64,000 nucleotides of DNA. It comes from Lytechinus pictus. Taxonomy: Eukaryota. The position numbers and the translations under genes were made by a program. The stretch spans positions 20,398,001 through 20,462,000 of the forward strand of contig NC_087254.1 of NCBI RefSeq assembly GCF_037042905.1, given 5' to 3'. Positions 11,001 to 21,168 of the stretch are shown here, piece after piece; position 1 is the first letter of the stretch; each line of letters starts with the position of its first letter. The notes beneath the pieces are model-generated. The model searched no databases, was not told the DNA's origin, and saw only the letters and a list, made by a program, of their open reading frames with translations.

Positions 11001-13641
11001 AAAATCAGGACTGAAATTGCACAAGATTGTGTCTAACAGCAGAGAAGTTCTGAAAAGCTTTCCAGCAGATGAACGAGCAAAAAGCCTGCAAGACCTGGAT
11101 TTAGATGTCGACAAGCTTGTGCTGGAAAGAGTTCTAGGAGTGTCCTGGAACATTGAGAATGACACCTTCAACTTTAGAGTGCAGGTGAAGGCAAGCTCAT
11201 TCTCCAGACGAGGTGTTCTCTCAACGATCAGTTCAATCTATGATCCAAGCGGCTTTCTTGGTCCAGTAGTTCTTAAAGGCAAGAGGATTCTCCAAGCTAT
11301 GTGCAAGCAGAACATGGACTGGGACGAATCTATGACCGATGAACAGCGTTCAGAATGGGATAAATGGCTGCTTGATCTCCAGCATCTAGGTGACCTCCAA
11401 CTCAAGAGATGCTACAAACCAAGTAGGTTCGGCAAGGTCAAGCAGGTAGAAGTCCACCATTTCTCTGATGCCAGTCAGGATGGGTATGGGCAATGTTCAT
11501 ATCTCCGTCTCATCAATGAGGATGACAAAGTGCATTGTTCATTCGTAATCGGAAAGGCCCGAGTTACTCCATTGAGACCAATTACTATTCCAAGACTGGA
11601 GCTAACAGCAGCAACATTGTCAGCCAAGAGCAGCACATTCCTGAAGTCGGAACTGGAATACGATTCTGTGAAGGAGTTCTTCTGGACAGACAGCAAGGTT
11701 GTTCTTGGATACATAAAAAATGAAGCCAGGCGGTTTCATATCTTCGTTGCCAACAGAGTTCAGACAATCCGAGAGCAGACTGACCCTGATGCATGGTACT
11801 ATGTTGATACCAAGGAGAATCCTGCTGATGGAGCTTCTCGAGGAATCTCAGCAAAGGAGCTCACTTCTAGCCACTGCTGGTTTCAAGGCCCAGATTTCCT
11901 GTGGAATGATGGTTTGTTTGCACCCCCAGGAGATGATCCATGTACGGTAGATGACCACGACCCAGAGGTGAAGCATGCCTCAGTCCTGAGAACAGAAGCA
12001 ACCACCAAGGTCAGTACAGGGCAATTTGAATCCAACCGTTTGAATTGCTTCTCCAGTTGGCACTTTGCCAAGAAGGCAGTAGCCAGATGTATACAGCTGA
12101 AGACGAGTCTGAAGAAAAGGGCTAACCAGCATACCAGAACGAGGTCTAGATCAGTGGAAGCAACGATCCCTAAGGTTGTGACAGTGAGTGAGCTGCAGGA
12201 AGCTGAGAAGGTCATCATTAGAGGTTTACAACAAGAAAACTTCACGCAGGAGCTGCAGATTCTTAAAGAACTAGATAAGACAGGAGAAATGAGTAGACAT
12301 GAAGTACCTACTCGAAATGCGGCACTGAAGAAAACCAGTGCCCTCTTCAGATTGGACCCGTTTCTAGATGATGACGGGGTGATTCGAGTCGGCGGCCGGA
12401 TACATCGCGCCAATTTGTCCAGTAACATTAGACATCCAGTGATTATTCCTCGTAAGAGTCATGTCACAACACTGCTGATCCGAGATGCTCATCACAGGAC
12501 CCAACATAGTGGTAGAGGCATTACTCATAATGAGCTACGTCAGAGAGGATACTGGGTGATAGGAGGAGTGTCTGCAGTTTCACAATGCATCTCGTCCTGT
12601 GTGACATGTCGACGATTGCGAGGACAGCCCCTCCAACAAAAGATGGCAGATCTTCCAGAAGAAAGAGTTGAGCCTTCTCCACCATTCTCGTATTGTGCAG
12701 TGGACTATTTTGGACCCTTTCTTATCAAGGAAAGACGGAGTGAAGTCAAGAGATATGGTGTGCTCTTCACATGTCTGTCTTCAAGAAGTGTACACCTGGA
12801 AACTGCCAACAGTCTTAGTAGCAGTGCATTCATCAACGCTTTGCGGCGTTTCATGAATCGACGGGGTGCTGTAAGGCATCTACGCTCTGACCAGGGTACA
12901 GCATTCATTGGAGCCAGAAACGAGTTGAAGGAAGCGCTGTCTGAAATGGACCAGGGAAAGGTACAAGAGTACCTGCTTGAGAATGGATGTGACTGGATAC
13001 CATTCAAGATGAATGTGCCCCATGCCTCTCATATGGGTGGAGTTTGGGAGAGGCAGATTCAGTCAGTGCGACGTGCACTAGAGCCATTGCTGAAATCATC
13101 TGGGAGTCAACTTGATGATGAGGCCTTCAGAACCTTCATGACCGAAGCAGAAGCCATAATCAACTCCAGGCCATTGACGACAACCAATCTAAGTGACAGT
13201 GAAGCACCAGAACCACTGACCCCTCATCATATCTTGACTGCCAAGCCCAAAGTCATATTACCCCCACCAGGAGTCTTCCAGCGCGAAGATGTGTACTCTA
13301 GGAAGTGGTGGAGACGCGTCCAACACCTCGCCAATGAGTTCTGGCTACGATGGAGGAAAGAATATTTGCAGGGACTGCAAGAGCGTAGAAAATGGACAAG
13401 TACAGAAAAAGACTTAACGATAGGTGATATTGTAATCTCCAAAGAAGAGGAGGGAGGACGATACAAGTGGCCCTTAGCTAGGGTGATAGATGTATATCCT
13501 AGTGCCGATGGTAGAATTAGGAAGGTAAAACTTCTAATGGCTGATGGACAGTTAGATAAGAATGGCAAACGCCAGAGCCCACCAACTAAATTCGACAGAC
13601 CAGTAAACAAGTTAGTTCTTCTGTTACCCAATCAACAGTAA
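8032..13641 (+). CDS. BEL/Pao Gag-Pol polyprotein (1869 aa from first ATG; frame open from 7945): Gag (DUF1759-like, three Cys/His knuckles), aspartic protease, RT, RNase H, integrase
   Basis: LPKVDVPVFNGDPLRYPLW; CPYCDKDHHIDDC, CMGCGQSSNHFGKDC, CKKCKGTHLTCLH; protease AILDDQS; RT KIRVVFDCS...FYVDDGL; RNase H HHFSDAS...WTDS...NPAD; integrase H...H...CVTC, DYFGP, SDQG, WERQI. Domain order PR-RT-RH-IN. Confidence 0.97.
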   Translation: MANIDGKNLVSEATRVDLQRTSSSLPEMMDKYPKPARSLASRKSAKSEMLIKAFQAELDVMDKEDNIKILQREHEQAMQLERAQMELKRLKLQKEHQQKLAELAESEDELSNTSIKFPEETKEESVQRFFESQSTDEGKIQTQAPPVPATLSEVKHEPTNASPGMENVVESLAKVANMMLNQNATSQQVLAASQLPKVDVPVFNGDPLRYPLWRNAFSSFVDSKPLDAATKLHMLHTYVTGEPKKVVEHYLLLGTDEAYLKARESLANRYGNTSVVSSAFMKKLNSWPRISDRDPSGLRSFADFLQQVSVAKETVDSLGILDYPQENVKLLRKVPFYLERKWRDEVTKWQRCGYGSYPTFARFVDFVTSAAEVANIPELEYTRLDEAKVKSAPPKGKTFQGRSLSTTAAHGKEYSSCPYCDKDHHIDDCPEFKQIYYKDKKTFFFKKYLCMGCGQSSNHFGKDCKQRRECKKCKGTHLTCLHRQKIEKSSASSNCTNICDLPDQDGKDHCMIVPVWVRQADDPSREFLEYAILDDQSNVGFVSSGLCDRMGVKGPETDLLLTTMHESAQISCQKISGLEVLDFQKSTVVQLPSCYTRQEVPAKRSQIPKAEVLRKWRHLAPIADELMPYNPSIKVSLLIGNNCPRAIRPREVLAGAEDDPYAMKTSLGWGVVGRVCQSSQSDDAVCHRIQTSEGYPHLVHSSQAKEVFAPESVLKILERDFQMTSPKGAPLSVKETRFMTILEDGIRKRSDGHYQMPLPLKSDQVTFPDNKILAVKRWRQLSARFRKNQKFLDDYKTFMDDVITNYAERVPDDCLKVRDGRVNYIPHTGVYHPHKPDKIRVVFDCSAKFEGVSLNDHLLQGPDLMNGLLGVLCRFRKEEVAFMADVKGMFLQFYVDEEDRNLLRFLWYEGGDETKEAVEYRMKVHLFGAASSPGCSNFGLRRAATDGEEEFGSSAAEFIRRDFYVDDGLSSRPTAEEAVQLLKNSQAICAKSGLKLHKIVSNSREVLKSFPADERAKSLQDLDLDVDKLVLERVLGVSWNIENDTFNFRVQVKASSFSRRGVLSTISSIYDPSGFLGPVVLKGKRILQAMCKQNMDWDESMTDEQRSEWDKWLLDLQHLGDLQLKRCYKPSRFGKVKQVEVHHFSDASQDGYGQCSYLRLINEDDKVHCSFVIGKARVTPLRPITIPRLELTAATLSAKSSTFLKSELEYDSVKEFFWTDSKVVLGYIKNEARRFHIFVANRVQTIREQTDPDAWYYVDTKENPADGASRGISAKELTSSHCWFQGPDFLWNDGLFAPPGDDPCTVDDHDPEVKHASVLRTEATTKVSTGQFESNRLNCFSSWHFAKKAVARCIQLKTSLKKRANQHTRTRSRSVEATIPKVVTVSELQEAEKVIIRGLQQENFTQELQILKELDKTGEMSRHEVPTRNAALKKTSALFRLDPFLDDDGVIRVGGRIHRANLSSNIRHPVIIPRKSHVTTLLIRDAHHRTQHSGRGITHNELRQRGYWVIGGVSAVSQCISSCVTCRRLRGQPLQQKMADLPEERVEPSPPFSYCAVDYFGPFLIKERRSEVKRYGVLFTCLSSRSVHLETANSLSSSAFINALRRFMNRRGAVRHLRSDQGTAFIGARNELKEALSEMDQGKVQEYLLENGCDWIPFKMNVPHASHMGGVWERQIQSVRRALEPLLKSSGSQLDDEAFRTFMTEAEAIINSRPLTTTNLSDSEAPEPLTPHHILTAKPKVILPPPGVFQREDVYSRKWWRRVQHLANEFWLRWRKEYLQGLQERRKWTSTEKDLTIGDIVISKEEEGGRYKWPLARVIDVYPSADGRIRKVKLLMADGQLDKNGKRQSPPTKFDRPVNKLVLLLPNQQ

Positions 13642-13991
13642 TTATTCCCACTCAAAATCCACAGTAGTAAAGTGGAAGTATCCCATTTGTCTCGCGAAAG
13701 ACTCGGAGCTTTCCCCCTCAAAGAGCCATTATCTTTTACATTTTCATTTAACGATGATATAAATGATGCGTTTAAATTGTTGTTTTTCTTTTCATGTATG
13801 GTTCAGTGATAATTCTAAAGGCTAGAATGCTGTTTTAAAGGTTGCATTGTGTGTATGTATCCATTGGGTATAGTATTGGTCAAAGTATTGTTTAAGATTA
13901 ATTTGTATTATGATGTGGTATAATTTGTTGTACTTTATATTCGTAATAATTGAAGCTAATTTAGTAAATGTAGGTACATTTAAAGGAGCCA

Positions 13992-15606
13992 TGTCACTAC
14001 AGCAGTGTGTAGTGATGTTATATTCTCTCATCCAATCTTCATCAAGAGTCTGATTATCAAGACTATACCACCAAAGAGGTATATGTTTCCCCAGAAGGTG
14101 TGACTCACCGCTAATAGTAGAGTAATTTCATTGTTCTCCAACTTCTCTCCAAGAATATCTTCTTGGAAGTAAAGATAACTTTCATTCTCATAGTCAGAGT
14201 GATGGAGTAAAGTACTACTCACAATCAGTTGCAGAAAGTTCAAGTAAATTGTTATTTGTGGACAACTACAAAGGCCCAATTCGGTAAGAACATATTTCAT
14301 ATAATATTGTTTTGATATTTAACATGGTAAATATATTGTAGAATTCATATTACTATTTAAGATAGTTTTGAATGTTTTTAGTTAGAGAAGATTATGTGTT
14401 TGTGTTAACAGAGTGTAATACGTATATTGCATAGTGTAGGAAAGTTGATTTCTTTGTTGTACAGTTTAGTATATTTGAGGAATAGGTGAATATACTGATG
14501 TTGATAGATCTCATAATATTGTTCTTGTATAATACATTTCCATCTAGAAGTGCTAAGATGTAAAAGGCTTTTAAATACAATGAATTAGTTGGGTGTAATT
14601 ATACATAAAGCAAGAAGTCTAGTTTCATTGGGAAACAAAGAGAGTCTGTTTTTGCTAATCCAGTAGAAGCAGGGTCTATGAATGACTACTTTGGAATGTG
14701 GCCCCTTTCACATTCACCCCTTTTTACTTTCTCTTTTGAGTAGATAAATTACTGCACGTTGTAAATGCAGGGCTTGTTCACATTTGTATTTTAATCTGGT
14801 TTAACTTTAATCTTAAGATAGAATAATGTTATGCTGTTTCGTTATAAGCTGAGTTAGTGTAATAGTAGGAACTATTACTAGTTTGTTTTCTTATTATACT
14901 CTAATCATCTCTAAAGAGTTACTTCTTTAGTTTCATGTTTAACTTGTGATAATGTAGATTACTGTTCGTACATGGCCAATTTGTTATTAAGAACAAAACC
15001 ATAACTTTCGTGGAGAGAAAGACCTTTCCTCTGGGAGTGATTTAGGGAGAAACCTTGAATGAATGACTGTGTTGGCATGTAGTTATGTTCACCCGGCCAA
15101 TATCTATTGGGTAGAATACTTAGTAGTGCACAGCACAAAGTGAGTGTAGATGTGTTCATACGAGGATTTAATCAATAGATTAACTTTATTCCTTGTATAT
15201 TTTATACTCTATTAAATTAGGTTAATGTTATAAGGTATAATAGTACAAGTGTATGATGATCACTTATATTAGTGTCAGATTAATTCTCATTTAATCATAT
15301 GTAATCGTAATTGTTGTACTAACTTAGATTTAGTAATTGACATGATTTCAAGATGAAACATTTGTTTATTATTGTTTGTTTATTCATTATCATTACAGAT
15401 TGTTATCTGAAGGTGCATAGAAGTATAACTGAAAGTACGACTGAAGTTTGTCACCAGTGTTGGAGATTAACTGAATAAAGCGAAAGTTTGTTTTATTTCA
15501 ACAAGTCGAGTCCAGCATTGATTGATTCCTTGTGCCTTGTGAATAACAATAGTTGGACATAAGTAGACGAAACTCCTTCGTAGAAAGTTTTACGAAGGCA
15601 GTCACA
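13992..15606 (+). repeat. 3' LTR (1615 bp)
   Basis: Same sequence as the 5' LTR; preceded by a short purine tract AAAGGAG (13982-13988). Confidence 0.97.
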
Positions 15607-16599
15607 TATGGATTCAGCTGGTTTCAAGGGTTTCATTCTCCTTTAATATTAGTAATATAGCCTAGATCAGGGACGTGATAGAGAAGGACTGGAATCAAGC
15701 CGCTCTCCTTTGACCCCATGCTCCATGCCGCCGAAAAGTTATGCGCTAATCTGCAACTGTTTGACCAGGTGGTGAGATAAAAGAGGGCATGAAATTTCAG
15801 GATTTAGAATTCCTACATCAGAAAATGGTATCCCAGCAACTGTTCGCTGTCCCTTTCAATGATTTCTCATCCATTGTTGAATGTGTAAAGAGTAGAACAA
15901 GCGAACACAAACTTGTGTAATTTCATCCTTTTTTTAACTTCAAAAATATAAAAAACACGCGAAAACACGCATTAGCAAACTTAATGTTATTAAAGATTGT
16001 AAATCATGGATTAAATAACGGGACATTAGAACATGCACAAATTAGCGCATTATCCTAAAATATTGAGTTTTTGTCAGGATGTAATTTTTCTTTTACCAAC
16101 TCATGCACACAAATTTTAGGAAGGACGGAGTACTAAATTTGAAAATTTGTTTGATGCACTATTCCCAATACAATCCCCAAATAAAGTTTTTGATATACAC
16201 TGAAATTTTGCCGGTAATTTAATATTTTGTAATAAATGTAAAACTGGTGCCTGGCTTCCGAAAGTCCCCGCAGTGGAAGCGCGGTTCGGAGCATGGAACT
16301 TCAAAGCCAAGTGGAATGTTACACATCCCATTGTTACGCTTTAGAACTCACGAATGCGTTTGAATAAATTACCAGAGTTTCACCTCCTTTCTCTCACCTC
16401 CCTGCCTAGATCTAGATCTAGAGTCTAGAGACAGAGTCTAGTTAGTAGGGTCTAGATCTAGGCCAGGCCTAGTAGTACTATTAGTGTTAGCATGATTTAT
16501 TAGTGTGTGTGTGTTTAGGTCTAGATCTATATTTTTTAGTAATCTACATTATAAATAATGTTGTATAAAATTAGAGGGAAGGCATGCATAGGGACATGT

Positions 16600-16960
16600 C
16601 AGGGGCGGATCAAGCCGGCGGCAAGGGAGGGGGCCTAAAAAGGGGCCCACTTCGTGCGAAAATTTTGAAAATCGTGCCAGTGGGGGGGGGTGTGAGCCAA
16701 AAAAAAAGGGTAATTTTTTTTCCACCGCCACCCCCCCCCCCCTTGAGCGCCAGGGGTAGTGAGCACATTTTTTTTTTTTTGGCACCCGAAAAAGAATTTT
16801 CCCTACGGGAAGGGTTTTTTTTTTTCCACCGCCACCCCCCCCCCCCTTGGGCGCCAGGGGAGGGGGCCCAACTTCTCTTTTTTTTCAAAAAAAGGGTGTT
16901 TTTACCTGTTTTTTTTCTAGGGGAGGGGGCCCGGGCCCCCCCCCCCTGGATCCGCCACTG
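16600..16960. mobile_element. Non-autonomous hAT-type MITE
   Basis: CAGGGGCGGATC / GATCCGCCACTG termini; 8-bp TSD GGACATGT / GTACATGT (7/8). Confidence 0.75.
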
Positions 16961-17207
16961 GTACATGTAAATAATTTCAAACTAGTGTTGCCTAGGCCTA
17001 GGTACGTATATAGTGATAGATCTAGACCCTATGTGATAAAGTATATGAGACTGAGTAGAAAACATAGGCTTTGATAATTTAGTTTTTTCCCTAGAGTAGG
17101 CCTACAGTTTTTTAATTGTTGTGGCTTACGCCTATACAGGTAATACTAATAGGTCTACCATACGTACATTTTCCTAACTTTGTTTCAATTTTTCTTTGTA
17201 TCTCAGA

Positions 17208-17261
17208 ATGGTGGAACCACTACCGATGGGGGCATTTGACCCACTAGAAGATTCAGATGAT
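17208..17261 (+). CDS. Cargo gene of the large TIR element, coding exon 1 (MVEPLPMGAFDPLEDSDD)
   Basis: Pyrimidine tract and CAG acceptor at 17206, ATG at 17208, donor GTAAGT at 17262, phase 0. Confidence 0.6.
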
Positions 17262-17340
17262 GTAAGTTAACTTCAGACTTCTGAGTTACTTAATCTTTTA
17301 TTCAAAGAAGAAATACAAAGGCTTTCTTGTGAATAAGCCA

Positions 17341-18174
17341 CACTGTAAAAAAAAATTAGTAGAAATTACTTAATAAAATTGTGGCAAAAAATTGCCTTAA
17401 TTTTTTCAAGTATTTATGACTTTGGCAGTTTTAAGTAAAATTTACTTATTTTCTTTGCTTCCATTTTACTCAAGAAAATTAAGTTACAATAACTTAATTC
17501 AATTAAGTAAAACAATCAACAAAATATTTGAAAATATCAAATGGGGGAGTGGACTTTCGTGATTCGAAAGTCCGCTCCCCCATCGTCCCACTTTTGGTGG
17601 CATCATTTTCATTTTAGACATGTTTTATCCAAATATTAGACTTTGTGAATTGTCACTTACCTGTACATGTATAGGTACTGACATTTATATTTATACGCGA
17701 TCGTTTCATTCTTACAAATAAAACAGTGAGAATAATTTTCTGCTAAATGACTATTTAATATTGCCTTTTCATTGATTCAACAAAAGAATACAATAGTTAG
17801 CACACCCTTATCCAAAACAATTTCAAACACAAATAGATATGACAGTTATTTAAAAAAAAAAAACATTTACTTGCTCTAATGAATATTCATGCATTATTTA
17901 AATATGGCGTTAATTGAAAAATATAAGTACATTCAACATGATTTTATAAGTAACAATCATCTTTGCCTAATTGAGTTAGATTTACTCAATCAAAGCAAGC
18001 TATCAATACGTGAATTTTCTTAAATGTATATTGAACCCAAATAAATCAAGTAAATCAAGTAAATTAAAAGACAAGTTGAAACTACTTAAAAACAACGAAA
18101 AATAATTACAAATTGTAAATTCTACTTAAATACATTAAGTGTTAACTACTGATTCAAAGATTTTTTTTACAGTG
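17341..18174. mobile_element. CAC...GTG (CMC/EnSpm-type) non-autonomous element
   Basis: CACTGTAAAAAAAA / TTTTTTTTACAGTG termini; 2-bp TSD CA. Confidence 0.75.
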
Positions 18175-19088
18175 CACCAGCTCTCACCTTGAGTTTGTAA
18201 CAACCCATGCGATTTGCCATTTGTTTTTGCATATTTTGATAATTTACCCTTGAGTTGACTAAAGAAGCAGAAAACAGTTGTTGATGATCTCTCTATTTAA
18301 TAATAATTTAACAAAACAATACATGCACAATTTTGTGTGAAGAAATGGTTGAAACTATAGCAATGCATTTTTAGCCCCCTCTTGTGTTTTAACGGCTCGT
18401 TTTGATTTGATAACAGGCTTTTTCGTAGTTGTTTGTAATTTGTTATACCAGGCTTTCGAGCATGGTGGAGTACTATCTATTACATGTATATAGTGTGTAA
18501 TGTTATTGTTCAGGATTTGGTTGCTAAAGTTCAGTCTTGCACAAAAAAAACTATCCCTTTAACTCTTAAAGCCCAAGTTCACTCCAAAAATAACTTACTT
18601 TCAATACAACCAGAAAAATCTGACAAACCAATCAAAAAAAGTTTGAGCAAAATCGGATAACTAATAAGAAAGTTATGAATTTTTAATGACATGAAAAACT
18701 TTGAAAATCACTACACAAATTGGCAACTCACTCATGTATCTGTGACGTATCCTCACTATCCACTAATTATTTCCTTTTGATAACTTTAGTAATGTTTGAC
18801 GGATTTTGAGGAATTTGATATGAAGGTACATACTACATAATAAAATTTTTAAAAGCCTAAGTTCTACTTCGGAGTATGTAAGTCAAATGTTATAGCTCAT
18901 TATTTTTGCCAAATTACCTAATGTATGCGAAAATTTGGTTAACTTCCTTGCCTAGTTATCTAATAGTATAGTCTAATGGAGGTAACTTGTTCTGACGTAC
19001 ATAGGCCATTTGTACCCGGTGAGGGGATGCTACGCTTTGCGTTGACTTGTTTAGAGATTGTCACATTACTTCTGTTTTATTCTCCCAG

Positions 19089-19350
19089 GACAATGACTTC
19101 CAAATCCAGAGGCAGCTGCTGAATCGGAGGTTGACAACGGCGATTGGAGGGCTGACTGCTCTGCAGCAGATAAATGTCAACGGGCCCAACGCTAACAGCA
19201 ATCAAGGGAGAGGCCGTAAGAGGAAAAGGGGCCCACCGGCGAAAAGGGTCTCACACATCTGGTATTGCCTGGCAGAAGGAGCTACAGTGCCAAACCTGAA
19301 AAAGAAAGAATCATGCCCTATACATCAGGCGCAGACAGAGGCAGGCTATG
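19089..19350 (+). CDS. Cargo gene coding exon 2 (basic NLS-like RGRKRKR; HIWYCLA...VP...EAGYG motif)
   Basis: Acceptor ttctcccAG at 19088, phase 0; donor TATG|GTAAGT at 19351, phase 1; in frame with ORF 19047..19364. Confidence 0.75.
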
Positions 19351-20641
19351 GTAAGTACAGGTGATTCACTTGATGCAGGACAAACAGTGAAAGTTTAGTA
19401 GTTATGCACAATTCTAGAAACCAAATCAATAACTTCATATTGGAGGGGGAAGGGAATATAAGCATAGATCCTTCTAGTGTTTATAAATGTAAAAACAAAT
19501 ATTTCTTTGAATGCAATCTTATTCCGGAATAGCTCTATCCCTTTAACAGTTTTTTCATTTAATTATTAAAAAAATGAAATTCCTTAATGATGTTTTGTTT
19601 TTAAAGATTCAAATAAGAAATAAATATACAATTAATTACATTAACAGAATATATATTTAAATAAAGATTGTTTACACATTGTAGGTTTCTTTGAATATCC
19701 TCTACATAAATTCCCACTCTCTTGCAATATGAGTATGAATGTTGTCCTGTAATATTTTCGTTTCTGGAATTCTAAACCCTTTATGTTGTATAGCACCCTC
19801 TCAGGACTGATATTACTTTAGCTTTAAAACAGTGTTTCTTGACAATAATTGACCGATTTGCTATTCCCGTTTGGAAATTATATATCGGAACTGCATATTC
19901 TGAGATTTTCATGGTCGCAGCTACCATGGAATGGCCTTAGGCGCTATTTGAAATATCTGAAATTTACCGGGAGCACCGGTTAAATAATTTTTATTATTCG
20001 ATTTGCTCGAAAGCAGAAGTGATTAGGGGCTAAATTTTTTAGTGCTTCTAATACATCCACAGGGGCATCCAAATATATAAAAAATTTAAAGAATAACTAT
20101 CCATCCAATTTCAAAATTTCTCAAAACTTTGCATTACCTAAGGGTGCAAGTCAAAGTTTTTGTTAAAGCATGTTTTGAAGCCCATAGCTTCCAAATGAAA
20201 TAACATTAGGCTCAAATATTCTTGGAGACCTTCCTTTCCTCAACAAATCTTTAAAAAATGAGCGCAATCGTAGAAATCGTCTTATGTAAAGCCCTCAAAG
20301 TTGGAATTTTTTATAAATGCAACAGATTCATGGTCAAAGGGTACCCTTCATCCCACTTGGGAGCAACACCAATTTGTGTGTATTGCTAGACTTTTACCTG
20401 TATTTCCATGGGTTACCCTAGAGTCAGATTCTGCTACTGAAAAGTTTAATGGCGTATTTACACTGCTGAAAATGGCTGCTGAAAAAGCACAATGTCAAAA
20501 TGGAATTCGGCTGAAAGCTCTGACCCATATTTGACACAAAATAGTGGGATATTCAACAATTTAAGTATTTCTTTCAATAACCCAAACCCCTTGATTGGCT
20601 TCAATTTGTTGCTAATCTTTTATGTTGCATTCTCATTTCAG

Positions 20642-21168
20642 GATACCCACCATCTTGTGTTTCCCAAGAAGGCATAAGCATGGTACAATTGGAATTAGAA
20701 CTGGACGAGGTGCAGTTTAAGGAGGACATATGGGAATTATTTCCCATATTAAGAAGAAGTCCATTCAACATCTACAAAAGAGACAAGCAGAAGAAGCTTG
20801 TTCTCATAAATGTAAAGACCCCCAAGGAACTAAAAAATGAAAGATATCGAAGCACTATCTTCATTCGCCCATCATCAGCTTTTCATTCAGCCTTAGCTCC
20901 TGCCTCAACCTCAGCTACCACTGCAGCTTTAGCTCCTGCCTCAACTTCAGCTACCACTGCAGCTTTAGCTCCTGCCTCAACTTCAGCTACCACTTCAGCT
21001 TTAGCTCGTGCCTCAACTTCAGCTTCCACTGCAGCTTTAGCTCCTGCATCAACCTCAGCGACCACTTCAGCTTTAGCTCCTGCCTCAACTTCAGCTACCA
21101 CTTCTTCAGCTACCACCTCAGTGCCTACCACCTCAGTGCCTACAACTCCCTTTGTAAGCTATGCATAA
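20642..21168 (+). CDS. Cargo gene coding exon 3 (...FKEDIWELFPIL...TIFIRP followed by an Ala/Ser/Thr/Pro repeat); ends at stop 21168 or at donor 21154
   Basis: Acceptor ctcatttcAG at 20641. Phase 1 joins exon 2 in frame with ORF 20680..21168. Confidence 0.75.
20887..21102 (+). repeat. Coding 36-bp minisatellite, ~6 copies (xALAPASTSATT)
   Basis: Unit gctttagctcctgcctcaacttcagctaccact(g/t)ca repeated in frame. Confidence 0.9.

Larger units (their letters stand above)
6308..15606 (+). mobile_element. Full-length intact BEL/Pao (Belpaoviridae) LTR retrotransposon
   Basis: Two 1615-bp LTRs (TG...CA); 5-bp TSD TATGG at 6303-6307 and 15607-15611; one uninterrupted gag-pol ORF. Confidence 0.97.
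4620..15642. mobile_element. TTAA-target (Kolobok-type) palindromic MITE split by two later insertions
   Basis: TIR AGGAGAATGAAAC (4620) / GTTTCATTCTCCT (15642); flanks TGAA and TTAA. Arms 4620-4822 and 5962-6307 + 15612-15642 are mutually inverted (e.g. gttatgagcatttgaat / attcaaatgctcataac). Confidence 0.8.

Noticed and set aside
9054-13631. Alternative-frame and antisense ORFs overlapping gag-pol
   Set aside because: Expected shadows of a long coding sequence; no independent motifs.
13642-13991. Possible env or extra ORF after integrase
   Set aside because: Only 350 bp of AT-rich non-coding sequence before the 3' LTR.
16549-17074. Gly/Pro/Lys/Phe-rich overlapping ORFs
   Set aside because: Homopolymer runs of a hAT-type MITE.
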